A stretch of DNA of 64,000 nucleotides, taken from positions 27,962,001-28,026,000 of the forward strand of contig NC_043002.1 of the NCBI RefSeq assembly GCF_006345805.1, written 5' to 3'. Position numbers and translations under genes: made by a program. Position 1 is the first letter of the stretch; every line of letters begins with the position of its first letter. The notes below the pieces were generated by a model that was given only the letters and a program-made list of their open reading frames with translations, had not been told where the DNA came from and searched no databases. Source of the DNA: Octopus sinensis (Eukaryota). Positions 27,149 through 40,838 of this stretch are shown in pieces.

Positions 27149-28164
27149 ATTTACATTTACATTCTTGGCGCAGGATTTCTTTTAAAAACTCATAAATATG
27201 ATCTGCGTTGCTTGAATTTTCCTCATCCACATATTTCCAAATTAACCGTTTAATCTCGGTGAGAACTTCTTTATGAAATATAATTCCATTGGTTTTCTGA
27301 AGTTTGAGCATTTATAGGAGGCAAGATCTTGAATTTTACCTCTACTTTGTTCCTCTCTTTCCCCCTCTCTTACTCTCTCTCTCTCTCTCTCTCACTCTCT
27401 TTCTTTCTAAAACATCATCAGTTTCAGTTTTATATAAAAAGGCGAAGTAAACTTACAATAAACCACATTTTTGATTAATCCGATAACGGAAGAAAGCGCT
27501 AAAAATATAAATAAAAAAATATATATATATAATCATCCAACATTCTGACTACCTTATTATTCTCAATATACAATATCTGTACATCACTTCAAAATCCTTA
27601 AATATATATATATATATAATATATATATATTATATATATATATATGAGATAGAGAGAGAGAAAAAAGTCACTTTATTCCACACGTGTACAAATATAGACC
27701 AACTAAGTTGAATTTGCACTGGGATTCTTTTAGATTTTCTATTTTTTAATTTGTAAAGACTTAATTGGTTTCAAACATTTCCCTGATTTTCAAAAGTTTA
27801 GATAGAGAGAACATGGCACAAGCAGTATCTGTTTTAGAAATTATTGTAAGTTCTCCGATACGTCCGTTCTTTAATGTAGTGTGACAATGTTTGACGCCGT
27901 TAGTTAATGCCGTAACAGCTGAGTAACCACCGAGAAACCTAGTTCTGTGAGTATCTCGTAAGGTGAGAGAAGGGAGCGATGACTTCCCTTGCAAATGCTA
28001 TGCGGACACAGACCGTGTGTCGGTGGCCAGCTGAAAAAAATGTTTTCCTGGGGCTAAAACTACAGTAACATCGTCCTTTATAAGACTTCCACATTCTCTT
28101 GGCATATACACTTTTCGGCACTGTTACTGAGTATCTCTGGCTCAGAGATTTAAAACAAATTGTT

Positions 28165-28241
<77 letters not shown>

Positions 28242-28307
28242 TTATATATATATGAATTATATAAATAGATATATATAAATTTTATATATATACATACATA
28301 TCTTATA

Positions 28308-28682
28308 TCTACTATAAAAAATCCATTCTGTCTGCCTGTATGTGTGTCTTCTAGGATCTCGGGCATCCTCCATCCGATTGCGCTCAAATTTGAAATGTAG
28401 ATACCGACGGTATCAGGGCCTGTATAATTCTTGAAAACATTACAAAAATTGATTCCAGGTGAGAATGCGATAGATAAAGCCATGGGAACGTGCATTTGTA
28501 CGCGCAAGTACATCAGCTCTTGCGATCGATACTACGCGAGAAAAATGCACATGCAGTTTGCGCCAAAAAACCCGGTTTGCTTGAAATATTGCCACAAAAT
28601 GCAGTATATTTAAGAGACCAAAAAGTCTCAAATTTGGTTTGACAACTAAGCACCGTCCATTGAACGGGTGGTGTTTTGCTCG
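28308..28682 (+). mobile_element. Non-autonomous Helitron-like element
   Basis: A|TC tactataaaa 5' end; subterminal hairpin caccgtccattgaacgggtg; 3' end CTCG|T (variant of CTRR). Confidence 0.6.
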
Positions 28683-28779
<97 letters not shown>

Positions 28780-28795
28780 GATACATATATATATA

Positions 28796-28848
<53 letters not shown>

Positions 28849-28849
28849 T

Positions 28850-28881
<32 letters not shown>

Positions 28882-28974
28882 AAATATTATTAGAGACAAA
28901 ACCACTATTTTGCAAAACAAACAAGGAAAGACTTAATCAATACATAAAATTTTAATAAATAGTCAAAAAAACCG

Positions 28975-29017
28975 CCACTACAATTGTTTCTTGTCTTGAT
29001 CGACAATCTTCAGGTGG
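28975..29017 (-). ncRNA. Minimal type-I hammerhead ribozyme, intact core (mirror copy)
   Basis: Reverse complement of 29070-29112. Confidence 0.82.
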
Positions 29018-29069
29018 ACTTCCAATAAGTCAGTTTCAAATTATAATTTGAAACTGACTTATTGGAAGT

Positions 29070-29112
29070 CCACCTGAAGATTGTCGATCAAGACAAGAAA
29101 CAATTGTAGTGG
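29070..29112 (+). ncRNA. Minimal type-I hammerhead ribozyme, intact core
   Basis: ccac CTGAAGA ttgtc gatcaa gacaa GAAA caattg TA gtgg. 4-bp stem I, 5-bp stem II, palindromic ACAATTGT stem III, GUA site. Confidence 0.85.
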
Positions 29113-29291
29113 CGGTTTTTTTGACTATTTATTAAAATTTTATGTATTGATTAAGTCTTTCCTTGTTTGTTTTGCAAAATAGTGGTTTTGTCTCTAATAA
29201 TATTTTATAATATTTTACTATAAAATTGGATTTAATCCTAAATCTGATTTTTTCCCTGTAAATTTGGATTTATTCCCTAATATTTATATAT

Positions 29292-29329
<38 letters not shown>

Positions 29330-29344
29330 ATATATACATATATA

Positions 29345-29411
29345 TATTTGAACTCAGAACGTAGCGACGGGCGAAATACCGCTAAGCAATAATAATAATA
29401 ATAATAATAAT

Positions 29412-29444
<33 letters not shown>

Positions 29445-29850
29445 TTCAAATTTTAGCATAAGGCCAGCAATTCGAGGGAAGGAGATAAGTTGATTACATC
29501 GACCCCAGTGCGTAAGTGGCACTTATTTCACCGTCCCCGAAAGGATGAAATGCAAAGTTGACCTTGGCAGAGTTTGAACACACCACTAAGCATTTTGCCT
29601 CGCAAGCTAACGACTCTGCCAGTTCGCCACCTTTATTGGTTTTGAATTTTGGCACAAGGTCAGCAAGTTTGGAAGAGGTGATAAGTCGATCACATCGATC
29701 TGAGCGCTTAGATTGCTACTTATTTTAACGACCCCGAAAGTTGGAAAGGTAAGGTCGACTTCAGTGGCATTTGAACTCACAACGCAAAGACGGACGAAAT
29801 GCCACTAAGTATTTTGTCCGGCGTAGTAAAGATTCTACCACCTCAGTGCG
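29345..29850 (+). mobile_element. Tandem SINE-tail-like fragments
   Basis: Recurring atcgaccccagt...gaaaggatgaaa..caaagtcgacc..ggc.gaatttgaactc motif. Confidence 0.7.
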
Positions 29851-29915
29851 TTAACAACAGTAATACTAACAACAAGACCAACAACAACAACAACAATGAT
29901 GATGATGATAATGAT

Positions 29916-30301
29916 CCATTGGGAGCTTTGTGAAAATTATGGCCGAGAAAGATCAAAAACATGGTATGACCAAAACACAAAGAGAGTTACTGAGAATGAG
30001 GTTTACAAAATCCTGTGAGATGCAATGATTCAATGCCACCATCAGATTAGACATCGGAAACCTGACATTATTGTGGTAAGTAGAAAATAAACACAAAAAA
30101 AATATGCTTGATAATCGGCATAGCATGTCCTGGTGACAACAGGATCAAAGAGAAAGAAGAAAAAGTGAACAACCGTGATGACTTGAAGTAGGAAATACGT
30201 AGGTTGTGGTCAATGAAGAAAGTGGACGGGAAGCCAATTGCGATAGACGCGCTTGGAAGTATCAGCACTCAACTACCAGCATAGCTCAAAAAAGATTGAT
30301 A
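29916..30301 (+). mobile_element. R4-type REL endonuclease remnant
   Basis: HWELCENYG...KPDIIVV...CLIIGIACPGD...EIRRLWSMK...ALG, with stop codons; homologous to 3125-3712. Confidence 0.8.
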
Positions 30302-30302
30302 C

Positions 30303-30475
30303 AGAAGTGGCTGTGTGGTAAGTAGCTTGCTTACCAACCACATGGTTCCGGGTTCAGTCCCACTGCGTGGCACCTTGGGCGTCTTCTACTATAGCCTCGG
30401 GCCGACCAAAACCTTGTGGGTGGATTTGGTAGACGGAAACTGAAAAGAATCCCGTCGTATATATGTATGTGTATG

Positions 30476-30574
<99 letters not shown>

Positions 30575-30776
30575 TCTGTGTTTGTCCCCCCAACATCGTT
30601 TGACAACCGATGCATGTGTGTTTACGTCCCCGTAACTTAGCAGTTCGGCAAAAGAGACCAATAGGATAAGTACTAGGCTTACAAAGAATAAGTCCTGGGG
30701 TCGATTATGCTCGACTAAAGGCGATGCTCCAGCATGGCCGCAGTTAAATGACTGAAACAAGTAAAAGAGTAAAGAG
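30303..30776 (+). mobile_element. SINE (same family as 11395), plus strand
   Basis: Reverse complement of 11395-11813, with internal (TG)n. Confidence 0.88.
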
Positions 30777-30797
30777 TATTTGTGTGTATAAATTGTT

Positions 30798-30876
<79 letters not shown>

Positions 30877-31752
30877 CCACTTGTCCATGTGCTGCGGGAT
30901 ATGCTGTGAAGTATTTGCAATTTTGGAGAACTATGCAATTTAGTCGCCGTGAAGTTCCATGCGACTAATCCGATGTTTGTGTTCGAGTAAATGGTGCATA
31001 TGGGGAAGTTTCACTATCTCACGATTCATGGAAACCAGGAAACTGGATTAGTTGCTAGAATTTCAAGTGCTGGCACTGTAATACGATAGTTCTAGCGATC
31101 GATCCTCAGTAGAGAAGCGAATGAGAAAAAACCCACCTCGCTATCTGGGGAAAAAAAACCCAGCCTCGCTAATTTCAATTTCGTTTTGGTGCCATTTCTT
31201 ACTTATCTGAAAAGATATATTGGTGAATAAATACAGACCGTAGAAATGGTCTTTGTCCGAAGGGCCTCTGGAGAAAAGTTGCTTAGTAGCTTCCGCAACT
31301 GAGAGATCGGGAATTTTCTCCAGATTACGTTGCTACTTGTCTGTAATGGGAGATTATAGCCCGGCTACTAGCGAAACGTGATTAGAATGTCGAAGGGAAG
31401 GCTCCGAAGACAGATTCTTTAAGCTTAGCCAGCGGACAGTAGATTTAGGTGTTTGGATATTATCATAGTCTCAGCTGGTCACGGTTGGCAATCCAGCCGG
31501 AAAGTGCAATGGCGGTTGCCTGAGATAGGACCCTTTGGAAACGGCGTTTGCTTGAGCAATATAGGGACCACGACCCTTTCCGGAATAGTAAGGGAGGAAT
31601 ATGAATGGATAGATGAATATACTATAAATGCACTCACACCACACACATACACACACTCACACGCATGCATGCATAAAAACATACATACATGCATGCATAC
31701 ATACATACATACATACATACTACATACATACATACATACATACATACATACA

Positions 31753-31783
<31 letters not shown>

Positions 31784-32399
31784 TTGAATTGACTTGGAAT
31801 TGAAGCTTCAACTCTGTGGCACATTCAATTAGATTTTATTTCTGAATTACCTCCTTTGTTCAGCAATATACGTCATTTCAATTCTTGACTACGTTACACG
31901 AATAGCATTCAAGAATTATTTGCCAGAGGTTTTACAATGGATCATAGCCGTTGACTTGCCTGACTGTGAGGTCTCTGAGGAGAAAGCTGATGTTGTAGTC
32001 AACGGTACCACGAATAGTAAACTTTGAGTGCGCATGCAATCTATAATTCTTCTTGATAATTCTTCACAAGGACACACACGCGCACACTATGGTAAAGAGG
32101 AAATATTTAGAGGAGTGATGTCTATTATATGCATATATACGTAAAGCTATGTTTGCAAAATTTTATTTACCTGAAATTATGCTCACAATTAGAAGACAAA
32201 ATGCCTCTCACAAATTTATGATATCTTGTGAGATTGTAATATATTAACTGCTGTGTGCCAGATACTAAACCACCGCTAATGGTTTGTCAGTACCTTCATT
32301 AATTTTGTCTCTACATTGTTGTCCACTTTTCCTTATTCTCTTCTTCATACTCCTTTAAAGAATGGACCAAGGTCACAATGTCTAGTTACTTTCTTCAAC

Positions 32400-33130
32400 A
32401 TTGTGATGGGAAATTCATGACTACCAGGGGCCGGATGTTGTTGTGACCCTGTTCATTTCTGATATGGTCCAGCCACAAGATGCCTAAAGTGTTGTCTTGA
32501 CAACTCGTTTCTATAGTCTGCCTCTCTCACAGTGTCTCTATTTGTGAGGGCCTATACCTCTGGGAGAATCCCTGTTTCTGTACCTATGACGATTCGTATC
32601 CATTTGTGATCTATCTTTATTTGTCTCTGTCTCTAAACGTCCATGAATACGTTAGGTTCCGTTGTATCTATGTCTGAGGGCTCGCTTCTATGTGGATGCA
32701 TGTCTCTGCATACGTGCCTATAACATTTCATTCCTCACATGCATTCAATAAAAATGAGAGTACCGAGTACCAGGGTTCGCAAGATTTTGACCTTGTTCTT
32801 CATCGATGTATTCCTATCTATCCATTTTAACTAGAGTATGGTTATTGCAGTGATGCATAATACTATATCTTCTGCATTACCTGAAGTTCCTGTCCTTGAA
32901 CACAGCATTTTGTGTTGATGAAAACGTTAGTGTTTGTTAAAAGTTTGGATGATCTGGCACATGACCGATTGTGCAAACTCGTTCAACCTATTCCATCTCC
33001 CTTGCTTCTGTCCGTCAATGCTGTCGGAAGATTTAAGTCTCCTTACTCCCACTTATACCATACTCACATGGTCTCAAGAGATCTGAATATAATTATCTCC
33101 AGGAAGACATTGAGAAGTGAGGAAGAATAG
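32400..33130 (-). mobile_element. Highly decayed RTE-clade LINE 3' fragment
   Basis: Patchy minus-strand similarity to post-RT RTE motifs (e.g. KVKILRTLVL); many stop codons. Confidence 0.5.
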
Positions 33131-33734
33131 TTAGCACTACCAGTTCCTATGGTAGTAGGACACTTTCTTCATAGTGTCCCGTAAACCATCACGCTATACT
33201 AGTATCTAATTTCTTCCTTAATTTTATGAGAAAACGAAAAATCTAACTCTAAGATGTAAAGGTATTTCTAGAAGAAGGCACACAGTTTGATTATCTGTTG
33301 AGTATTACTTGTGACTTTATGGGATCTTACCTGTTGTTCGGTTATATTTATTGTTTAAGGTCTCCTAGTGACTCATGCTTTGATATAGTTGCAGATTGTC
33401 TTTCTTAGGAAGCACTCGATCTTTGCAGCGCTCCAACGTGCTTGTTCAATAGTCTTATTGTACATATTTGTATGTATAACTATTCTGGCTTCTCCAACGT
33501 GATTCCACACTTCACTTGGAATGTTAACAATCCCTACAAACTTTCTTTCCATAGGATACCTATGAATTTTCTTCAATTCGTAGAATGAATACGAAGTTTA
33601 AAAACATATAAATACTGGGGTCCATTCGTTCGACAAAAATTATTCAAGACGGCGCCTCTGCATGGCGGCAGTCTAGCGCCTGAAATAAGTAATACAAAAA
33701 AAATAAAGATTATCATTATCGAAAGTAGTATTCT

Positions 33735-33920
33735 TTTCTACTCTAGGAACAAGGCCTGAAATTTTTGGGAAGGAGGCCATTCGATTAGTACGCAACTGGT
33801 ACTTAATTTATTTACCCCAAAGTCGACCTCGGCGGAATTTGAACTCAGAACGTAGCGGCAGACAAAATACCGCTAAGCATTTCGCCCGGCGTGCTAACGT
33901 TTCTGCCAGCTCGCCGCCTT
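33735..33920 (+). mobile_element. SINE-tail-like fragment
   Basis: aagtcgacctcggcggaatttgaactcagaacgtagcggcagacaaaataccgctaagcatttcgcccggcgtgctaacg. Confidence 0.75.
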
Positions 33921-34608
33921 GCGAACAGAGTTTTCTGTCAATGATTTTATGTTAAGGTGTACATTTCCCTCAACAGAGAGTTAGTTACTATGGCCGGAAT
34001 CGATCTACTTCTAAAGAGTCGTTGGATAAACCATCAAAACTACTAATATCCACATCGGATAAGTTGATAAAATCTAGTTGTAAATGATCCTTTCAAATGT
34101 TTTCGATGCTTGAGCTGTAACATATTTCAACAGTGTTTAAATCATTAGAATTCATTCAGATAGACATTTACATAAATTTGCAAAAGAAATCATTTCTGTT
34201 TGGTGAAAGGAGAGATAAAATAGTTTGTATGACTTTCTATAAGTAGTCGTTAGCCCCATTTCGTTGGTAGACATAACAACAGGTTCACTAAGTTTCACTG
34301 AGTTCACTGATTAGAATCATTCTTAATAAGTACTATAATAGAGCTCCATTTCTGGACAGAGGCTAATGATATATATTAAAAAAAAAATTAACAACTAGTA
34401 TTCCTATGTCACCGAAAATACCGACAGTTTTATTAATGATAGAAAATGGCATATCAACGAGAGAAAAAAAACTGCTATATGTCAGCATTCTAGTAAATGC
34501 ATATATACAGAATTGAAGCACTTGAAGCATCAGAAACGTTTGCAACGTCTCAGATGAAAATATTGTCAACATGATGTATGTATATATGTATATGTAGAGA
34601 GATACATA

Positions 34609-35826
34609 CATGGTGCGTAAGGTATTTCAGTACATATCTTTTTTGCTCACTCTGTATAATCTTTCAGAAAATAATAATGGCAGACCTTCAGCTTACTCAA
34701 GTAATGTTGTTGTGGTTATAAAGGCAGAGCACTGTGATTTAGAAATATCTCGAGTTTTCAAAGTTGCCAGATCTTTCGTCTACAAAGTTTGTAAGAAGCT
34801 AGAGAATGAAGATGGAAATGTATCACTAGTATGAAAGCATTAAAAGCATTCTAAACGCTCTGAAATCATCAGAACACCTGAATTTGTCAAGCAAGTCCAT
34901 CAGACCATTGATTACAATGACAGAAAGTCCATGATATCAACTGCAAGACATTTCCATGTGTCAGAAGGAACAGTCAGAAATTTTATCCACGAAGACATCA
35001 GATCTTATAAAATCTTATATCAGATCTTATGTATAATCTTATATAATGAGGAAAAGTCAATTTGTTAGAAAAAGCGAAAGAAAATCACTACATCAGATCT
35101 TAAAGGCTCTTAAACAAAACTAAAAAATCCAGCTCAAACGAGAAAAACTTCGACTAAGGTAAAAAATTTAACAGAAGAAATGACATATGCAGACCCTTCT
35201 GAAGTTTGCATACAAAATTTCCTGCAACTCTCATGGTTTTAGCGGTTGTCAGAAATGAGGGACATAAGATGCCTCCTTACTTCCTTCCACAAGGTCACAA
35301 GGCCGTAGAATTAACTCTGCCGCCTACACTGAGGTCCTGGAAATAACTGATAAACCCTGGATAGACAGTGCATGCAAGTGAAAGCCATATGTGTTTCAGT
35401 AAGTCTCTACACAATCACACATGGCTCTAGTAACACAGGAATGGATGGCTAAAAATTTTCATGATCACATAAGCCCTAACATTTGTCCTCCTAATTCCCC
35501 AGACCTCAATCCATTGGACTATTATATTTGGAAAGTTGTTAATGGAGAGGTCAATGAACATTTTCATAACAACAAAGATTCTATGAAAGCTGTCCATAGA
35601 CTGAGTAATGTCCAAAATAACCAGGGTCATTTGATTCAAACATGTAGATGATTTAGATGTCATATAGAAGCAGTTGTTGAAGCTGAAGGTGGCTCTATTG
35701 AGTAACATTATAGAAAAGAATGTTTATTTTTATCCTCATCGCATTTTTTTGATAAAGTTATTATCTGTTATTATATATCTGTTTTCTATGAACATAAATC
35801 TGTCCTCAAATATCTTACACACCCTG
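34609..35826 (+). mobile_element. Tc1/mariner fossil, maT/DD37D-like, TIR-bounded
   Basis: TA|catggtgcgtaaggtatttcag ... ctcaaatatcttacacaccctg|TA (degenerate ~22-bp TIRs). Transposase motifs MVLAVVRNEGHKMPP and PPNSPDLNPLDYYIW. Confidence 0.85.
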
Positions 35827-35874
35827 TACATTATGTCATTATGTAAACGAAATATATATATATATATATATATT

Positions 35875-35938
<64 letters not shown>
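35875..35938 (+). repeat. (GATA)n microsatellite
   Basis: Direct reading. Confidence 0.95.
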
Positions 35939-37629
35939 TTTATTCATGCTTGCATGGATCAGATAAATTCTGTATAGCTGGATGCCCTTCTTGTGGTCAC
36001 CGTTTGCCTGTTTTCAAGTAATGTTTTATCATACATATATTTATTCTGGAGAAGTTTGTAATTGAAGGAGCATGACTTTTCCATTCTCCCAACACTTCAG
36101 AGGCACATTTATAAATCTAAGAACCTCGCAGTGATTACAAGGAATCTTCATATCAACTACATTGTAACTTTCAACTTTACATATCTTTACGTTTTCTGTG
36201 AATCTCATTTTATATTGTATCTTGAGCACGTTCCCTTTATCTCTTGTAAATACTCACTCTATACTTTTTAATGTTCCCGTGCTTGTTCTAGCGATTCGAC
36301 CCTTGCTTCTCTTTACGTCATTGCTTATACTGTCTTATTTTTTTTTTTGCTAGCTTGCATCGTCTGCTATCCATATTGTATAAACAAATATTAACTTTCA
36401 AGCGATTAGACAATAAATAATTGCACTCGTGCGCATGCATTAAGTGATAGGTGATATATAAAAAATGAGTTCAATTAAATTTTTAAAATACACTTTTCAC
36501 TTTCCACTCACCACCGCCTACTCCACCACCATCATCACCACCACCATCACCATCACCACGAGCACCGTCATTATAGTTTTTAGTAACGAACCTCAGTCAA
36601 AATTGTTTGCCAACCAAAATTATTTGCTTTCATTTCAGTTCATTTGTTTGTTTATATCTACTTTCTTGCTGTCAATACAAAGTTCGAATTCTTCTTAAAT
36701 AACTTCTACATCTAGTTAACTAAGTTATTTCACTTTCGTTGAAAAATCCATCTTTCTCTCATATGTTTATCATTATCATTCCTTCTCTCGTGACCCATCG
36801 ATGTATTTGTGGATATGGATCGATAAATAAATAGATCCACAGATAGAAGATAAAAAAACTGAATATTAAAATACTATTTTCTTGTTATTCACAATAATAC
36901 TTTTATGATGTTTAAAATTTCCCTCTACTTAACACTTTATAGCTTTCTCTCCCCCTCTTCTCTCTACCTCCAACATCAATAAACCTTTTAAACATGTCAT
37001 CCCCCCTGTCAAACCGTTATCGTTTCTCTCTCTTTTCACCTTTTATTTCCACATGGCAGCTTAATGCATTGGTTAGAAATAGCTCCACTACTCTCTCACC
37101 TCTCTCTTTTTTCTCTCTCCAGCTCTCCCTCTCCCACTTTCTCTCCCTCCCTTTCTCTCCCTCCCTTTCTCTCTCCTCTCCCTTTCTTTTTCTCTCTTTA
37201 TTTCTCCCATTCTCTCTCTCTCTCTCTATCTGTCTGGCTCTCTCGCCTCTTTCTTTCTATCTCTCCTTCATTCTGGCTCTTTCCTTCTTTCTCAATCCTT
37301 CTCTCTCGTTTTGGCTTTCTTTAGCCTCATCCTCCTGCTATGCATTGTATTTAGCTCTTTTTTTACGTAATAAATACTATGCTAACCTACCTTCCGTCAT
37401 TCACACTTCTCTCTCCCCTTTCTCTCTCTTCGTCTTTTTCCGTCTTTCTCTTTCTCTCTCTCTCCATCCTCTCTCTCTCTCTCTCTCTCACGTTCTTCAC
37501 ATTTCTTTTCGACTAATCACTTGACAGCGTAACGCATTTTGGCCTTAGCCTATTAATATGTAGATGATAGTAGTGATACCAATAGAAACAATAGTAGAAG
37601 TTGTAGTGGAACTGTCAACCGAAACAATA

Positions 37630-38060
37630 TTAGTCCAGGTACAAATTCTGCCGAGGCCGACTTTGCCTTTCATCCTTTCGGGGTCGATAAATTAAGTACC
37701 AGTTAAGTACTGGGGTGGATCTAATCGAAAGAGATCCCTCCTCAAAAATTTTAGGCCTTGTGTCTAGAGTAGAAAAGAATATTAATCCAGGTAACCATAG
37801 TAACACACATAGTGGCAACGTAATGAGTTTCTAAATATACATTGGCAGACTCGTTAGCACGTCGGGTGAAATGCTTAGCTGTATTTCGTCTGTCGCTACG
37901 TTCTGAGTTCAAATTCCACCGAGGAGGACTTTGCCTTTCATCCTTTCGAGGTCGATTAAATAAGTACTAGTTACGCACTGGGGTCGATATAATCGACTTA
38001 ATCCGTTTGTCTGCCCTTGTTTGTCCCCTTTGTGCGTAGCCTCGTGTGGGTAGTAAAGAA
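37630..38060 (-). mobile_element. SINE-tail-like units, minus strand
   Basis: Reverse complement of the units in 38900-39690. Confidence 0.75.
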
Positions 38061-38899
38061 ATCATACATTAAACTAGAACTCATTGTATTAGTAACGTAG
38101 CAAGTTGATAAAGTATCAATCGTCCACTTGCTTGTCCGTCTTCTGATTTAGCTGCACCCAATCCTAGATCGATGCAAGACAACTGTAAAATAGAAGGGGA
38201 TGAAGGAGCCATTAACTTTCCTACTGTTGTTTGTGTAAGCGCATGAACACATAGTCGAACTATAGAATTTCATTTCAATAACGCTTGTTTAACTTATAAC
38301 ATTGTCTATAAGTGTGATGTAACGACTGATATGAATAATTTTAACTATATAGCCCCGACCAGCTGTACCTTCAAAAGTTTGTTTAATCACTCATTTTCTT
38401 TAAAAATCGTGGTAAGGCCTGTGTTGCGTCACTGACAGAGAAAGTGTGAGAGTTGAATGATAAAAACTTTCAATTCAATAAAAATCTGGAGCATTATATG
38501 GAAAGCATCACTGTACTCAAATAATGGATATGAGTGTACCTTTTATTGTACTGAATTGTGATGGATCCTTAAAATTCAAGGTAACGTTCCCAACAAAGCG
38601 AGGTAGATAAGGTTACGCTGCTTGCCTAATTTCGACGTGCATTAGCATACTTTAAGCGTGTTACATAATATGGATATATTTCCTATATAACATCTATCCA
38701 TACTTATTATTTCGGATATTGCTGTGTAAGAATTAATTTAAAATCATTACCCTGTCGTTTATACCTCGTAAATGGAAATTAACTATATCTTCATTTCAGT
38801 TAGAGGAAGAATACTTGCTTCACCGCATAACTTCACAGGTATGGTTCCTTTTTTCATTAAAAAAAATTTTTTTGGTTTTTCAATTATTTGTTATTTATT

Positions 38900-39690
38900 C
38901 TTTTCTATCCTAGGCACAAGACCCGAAATATTTGGAGATGGGTCCAGTCGATTATATCGACCCCAGTAAGCAACTAGTAATTAATTTATTGATCCCGAAA
39001 GGATGAAAGGTAAAGTCAACTTCGGCAAAAATTCAGAACGTAAAGGCGAAATACCTATTTCTTTACTACCCACAAGGGGCTAAACACAGAGAGGACAAAC
39101 AAGGACAGACAAACGGATTAAGTCGATTATATCGACCCCAGCGTGTAACTGGTGCTTATTGAATCGACCCCGAAAGGATGAAAGGCAAGGTCGACATCGG
39201 CGGAATTTGAATTCAGAACGTAGCGGCAGACGAAATACCGCAAAGCATTTTGCCCGGAAAGCTAACGTTTCTTATTTCTTTATTGCCCACAACGGACTAA
39301 AAATAGAGGGGACAAACAAGGATAGACAAACGGAATACGTCGATTATATAGACACCAGTGCGTAACTGGTACTTATTTAATTGCCCCCCAAAGGATGAAA
39401 ATCAAAGTCGACCTCGGCGGAATTTGAACTCAGAACGTAGCAGCAGACGAAATACCTATTTTTTACTACCCACAAGGGGCTAAACACAAAGAGGACAAAC
39501 AAGGACAGATAAACGGATTAAGTCGATTATATCGACCCCGGTGCGTAACTGGTACTTAATTTATCGACCCGAAAGGATGAAAGGCAAAGTCGACCTCGGC
39601 GGAATTTGAACTCAGAACGTAATGGCAGACGAAATACAGCTACGCATTTCGCTCGGCGTGCTAATGCTTCTGCCCGCTCGCCGCCCAATT
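38900..39690 (+). repeat. Tandem array of four SINE-tail-like units (about 180-215 bp)
   Basis: gattatatcgacccc-type motif at about 38949, 39125, 39341 and 39524. Confidence 0.85.
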
Positions 39691-40360
39691 ATTTGTTATT
39701 TATTGTTTTATCTATCATTTGTTATTTATTATTTAAAATTTATTATTTATTTTATCTCGTTTTTTCTGTTATCGTTGATCGCTATATTTACTTTTATTTC
39801 ATTTTACTCTATGTTACTTTGTTACAATTATATCTTTACATTACAGCGCTATTTACAGTGTACTTGGAAAATATAAATGAGGTTGTGTATATATGAGAAT
39901 GCTGACAGGTCTGTGTGTGTCTATGCTTTTATGTCTCTGTGTGTTTATGTCTCTATAGGTATGTATATATACACATGTGATAGCATGTATATAATATATA
40001 TATATAATATATATATGTTATTAATACTTAGATTAGTTGCAAACAGGTATGGATGCGCTTGCTGGGCACAAAGACATTATTCGGGTGAGGATGAATTTTT
40101 CTATAGATAAGTGTGCATATTGTAAACGAGCGTTTGTGTATTTATACGTATGTAATGATATATGAGTATGTATAAATGTATATCTATATATATATTTATA
40201 TTTTTTTTTCCTATTTGTAATCACCCCACTTGTCGTATGGTTAACACCATATAGATTTCCGGTGCATCCTAGTTAAGGACTATATTCATGTGAATTCTTT
40301 AGAATTCACTAGAATCTCAATTACTTAACCGTATATATATATATATATATATATGCGCCG

Positions 40361-40443
<83 letters not shown>

Positions 40444-40542
40444 CGCTGTTATATGTATATGTATATATACATGTTGATTCACTAGCTTCTGCACGCATTT
40501 TTTTTTCTCTCCTTGTTTCTTTCCGTGTTTCTTTTCTGTGTA

Positions 40543-40580
40543 TCTTTCTGTTGAAGAGCGTAGGCCCGAAACGTAAAAGA
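40543..40580 (+). ncRNA. Degenerate minimal hammerhead motif
   Basis: tcttt CTGTTGA agagcgtaggccc GAAA cg TA aaaga. 5-bp stem I intact, core A6>U, weak stem II. Confidence 0.5.
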
Positions 40581-40691
40581 CTTGTTTTATTTATATTCCT
40601 GAGCGCCATACTAATACAATTGTTTGTTTGTATTCCACCTGCCTTCGTCTTTTGTTTATTTTCATAAAGCTTCCCGTTGTATATGTATATG

Positions 40692-40722
<31 letters not shown>

Positions 40723-40771
40723 CTATCTATATATATCTATCTATATATATATATCTATATATATCTATCTA

Positions 40772-40835
<64 letters not shown>

Positions 40836-40838
<3 letters not shown>

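Larger units (their letters stand above)
28878..29283. mobile_element. Fold-back element: 332-bp spacerless palindrome plus unique tail, carrying mirror-image hammerheads
   Basis: 28878-29209 is self-complementary about 29043/29044 (no mismatch seen by eye). The tail at 29210-29283 matches the terminus of the 13536 element. Confidence 0.9.

Noticed and set aside
27761-28140. Short minus-strand ORFs as a possible exon or transposase
   Set aside because: No recognisable motif or splice context.
38900-39690. CRISPR-like periodic repeats
   Set aside because: Units are about 200 bp with repeated rather than unique spacers, the context is eukaryotic, and there are no cas genes.
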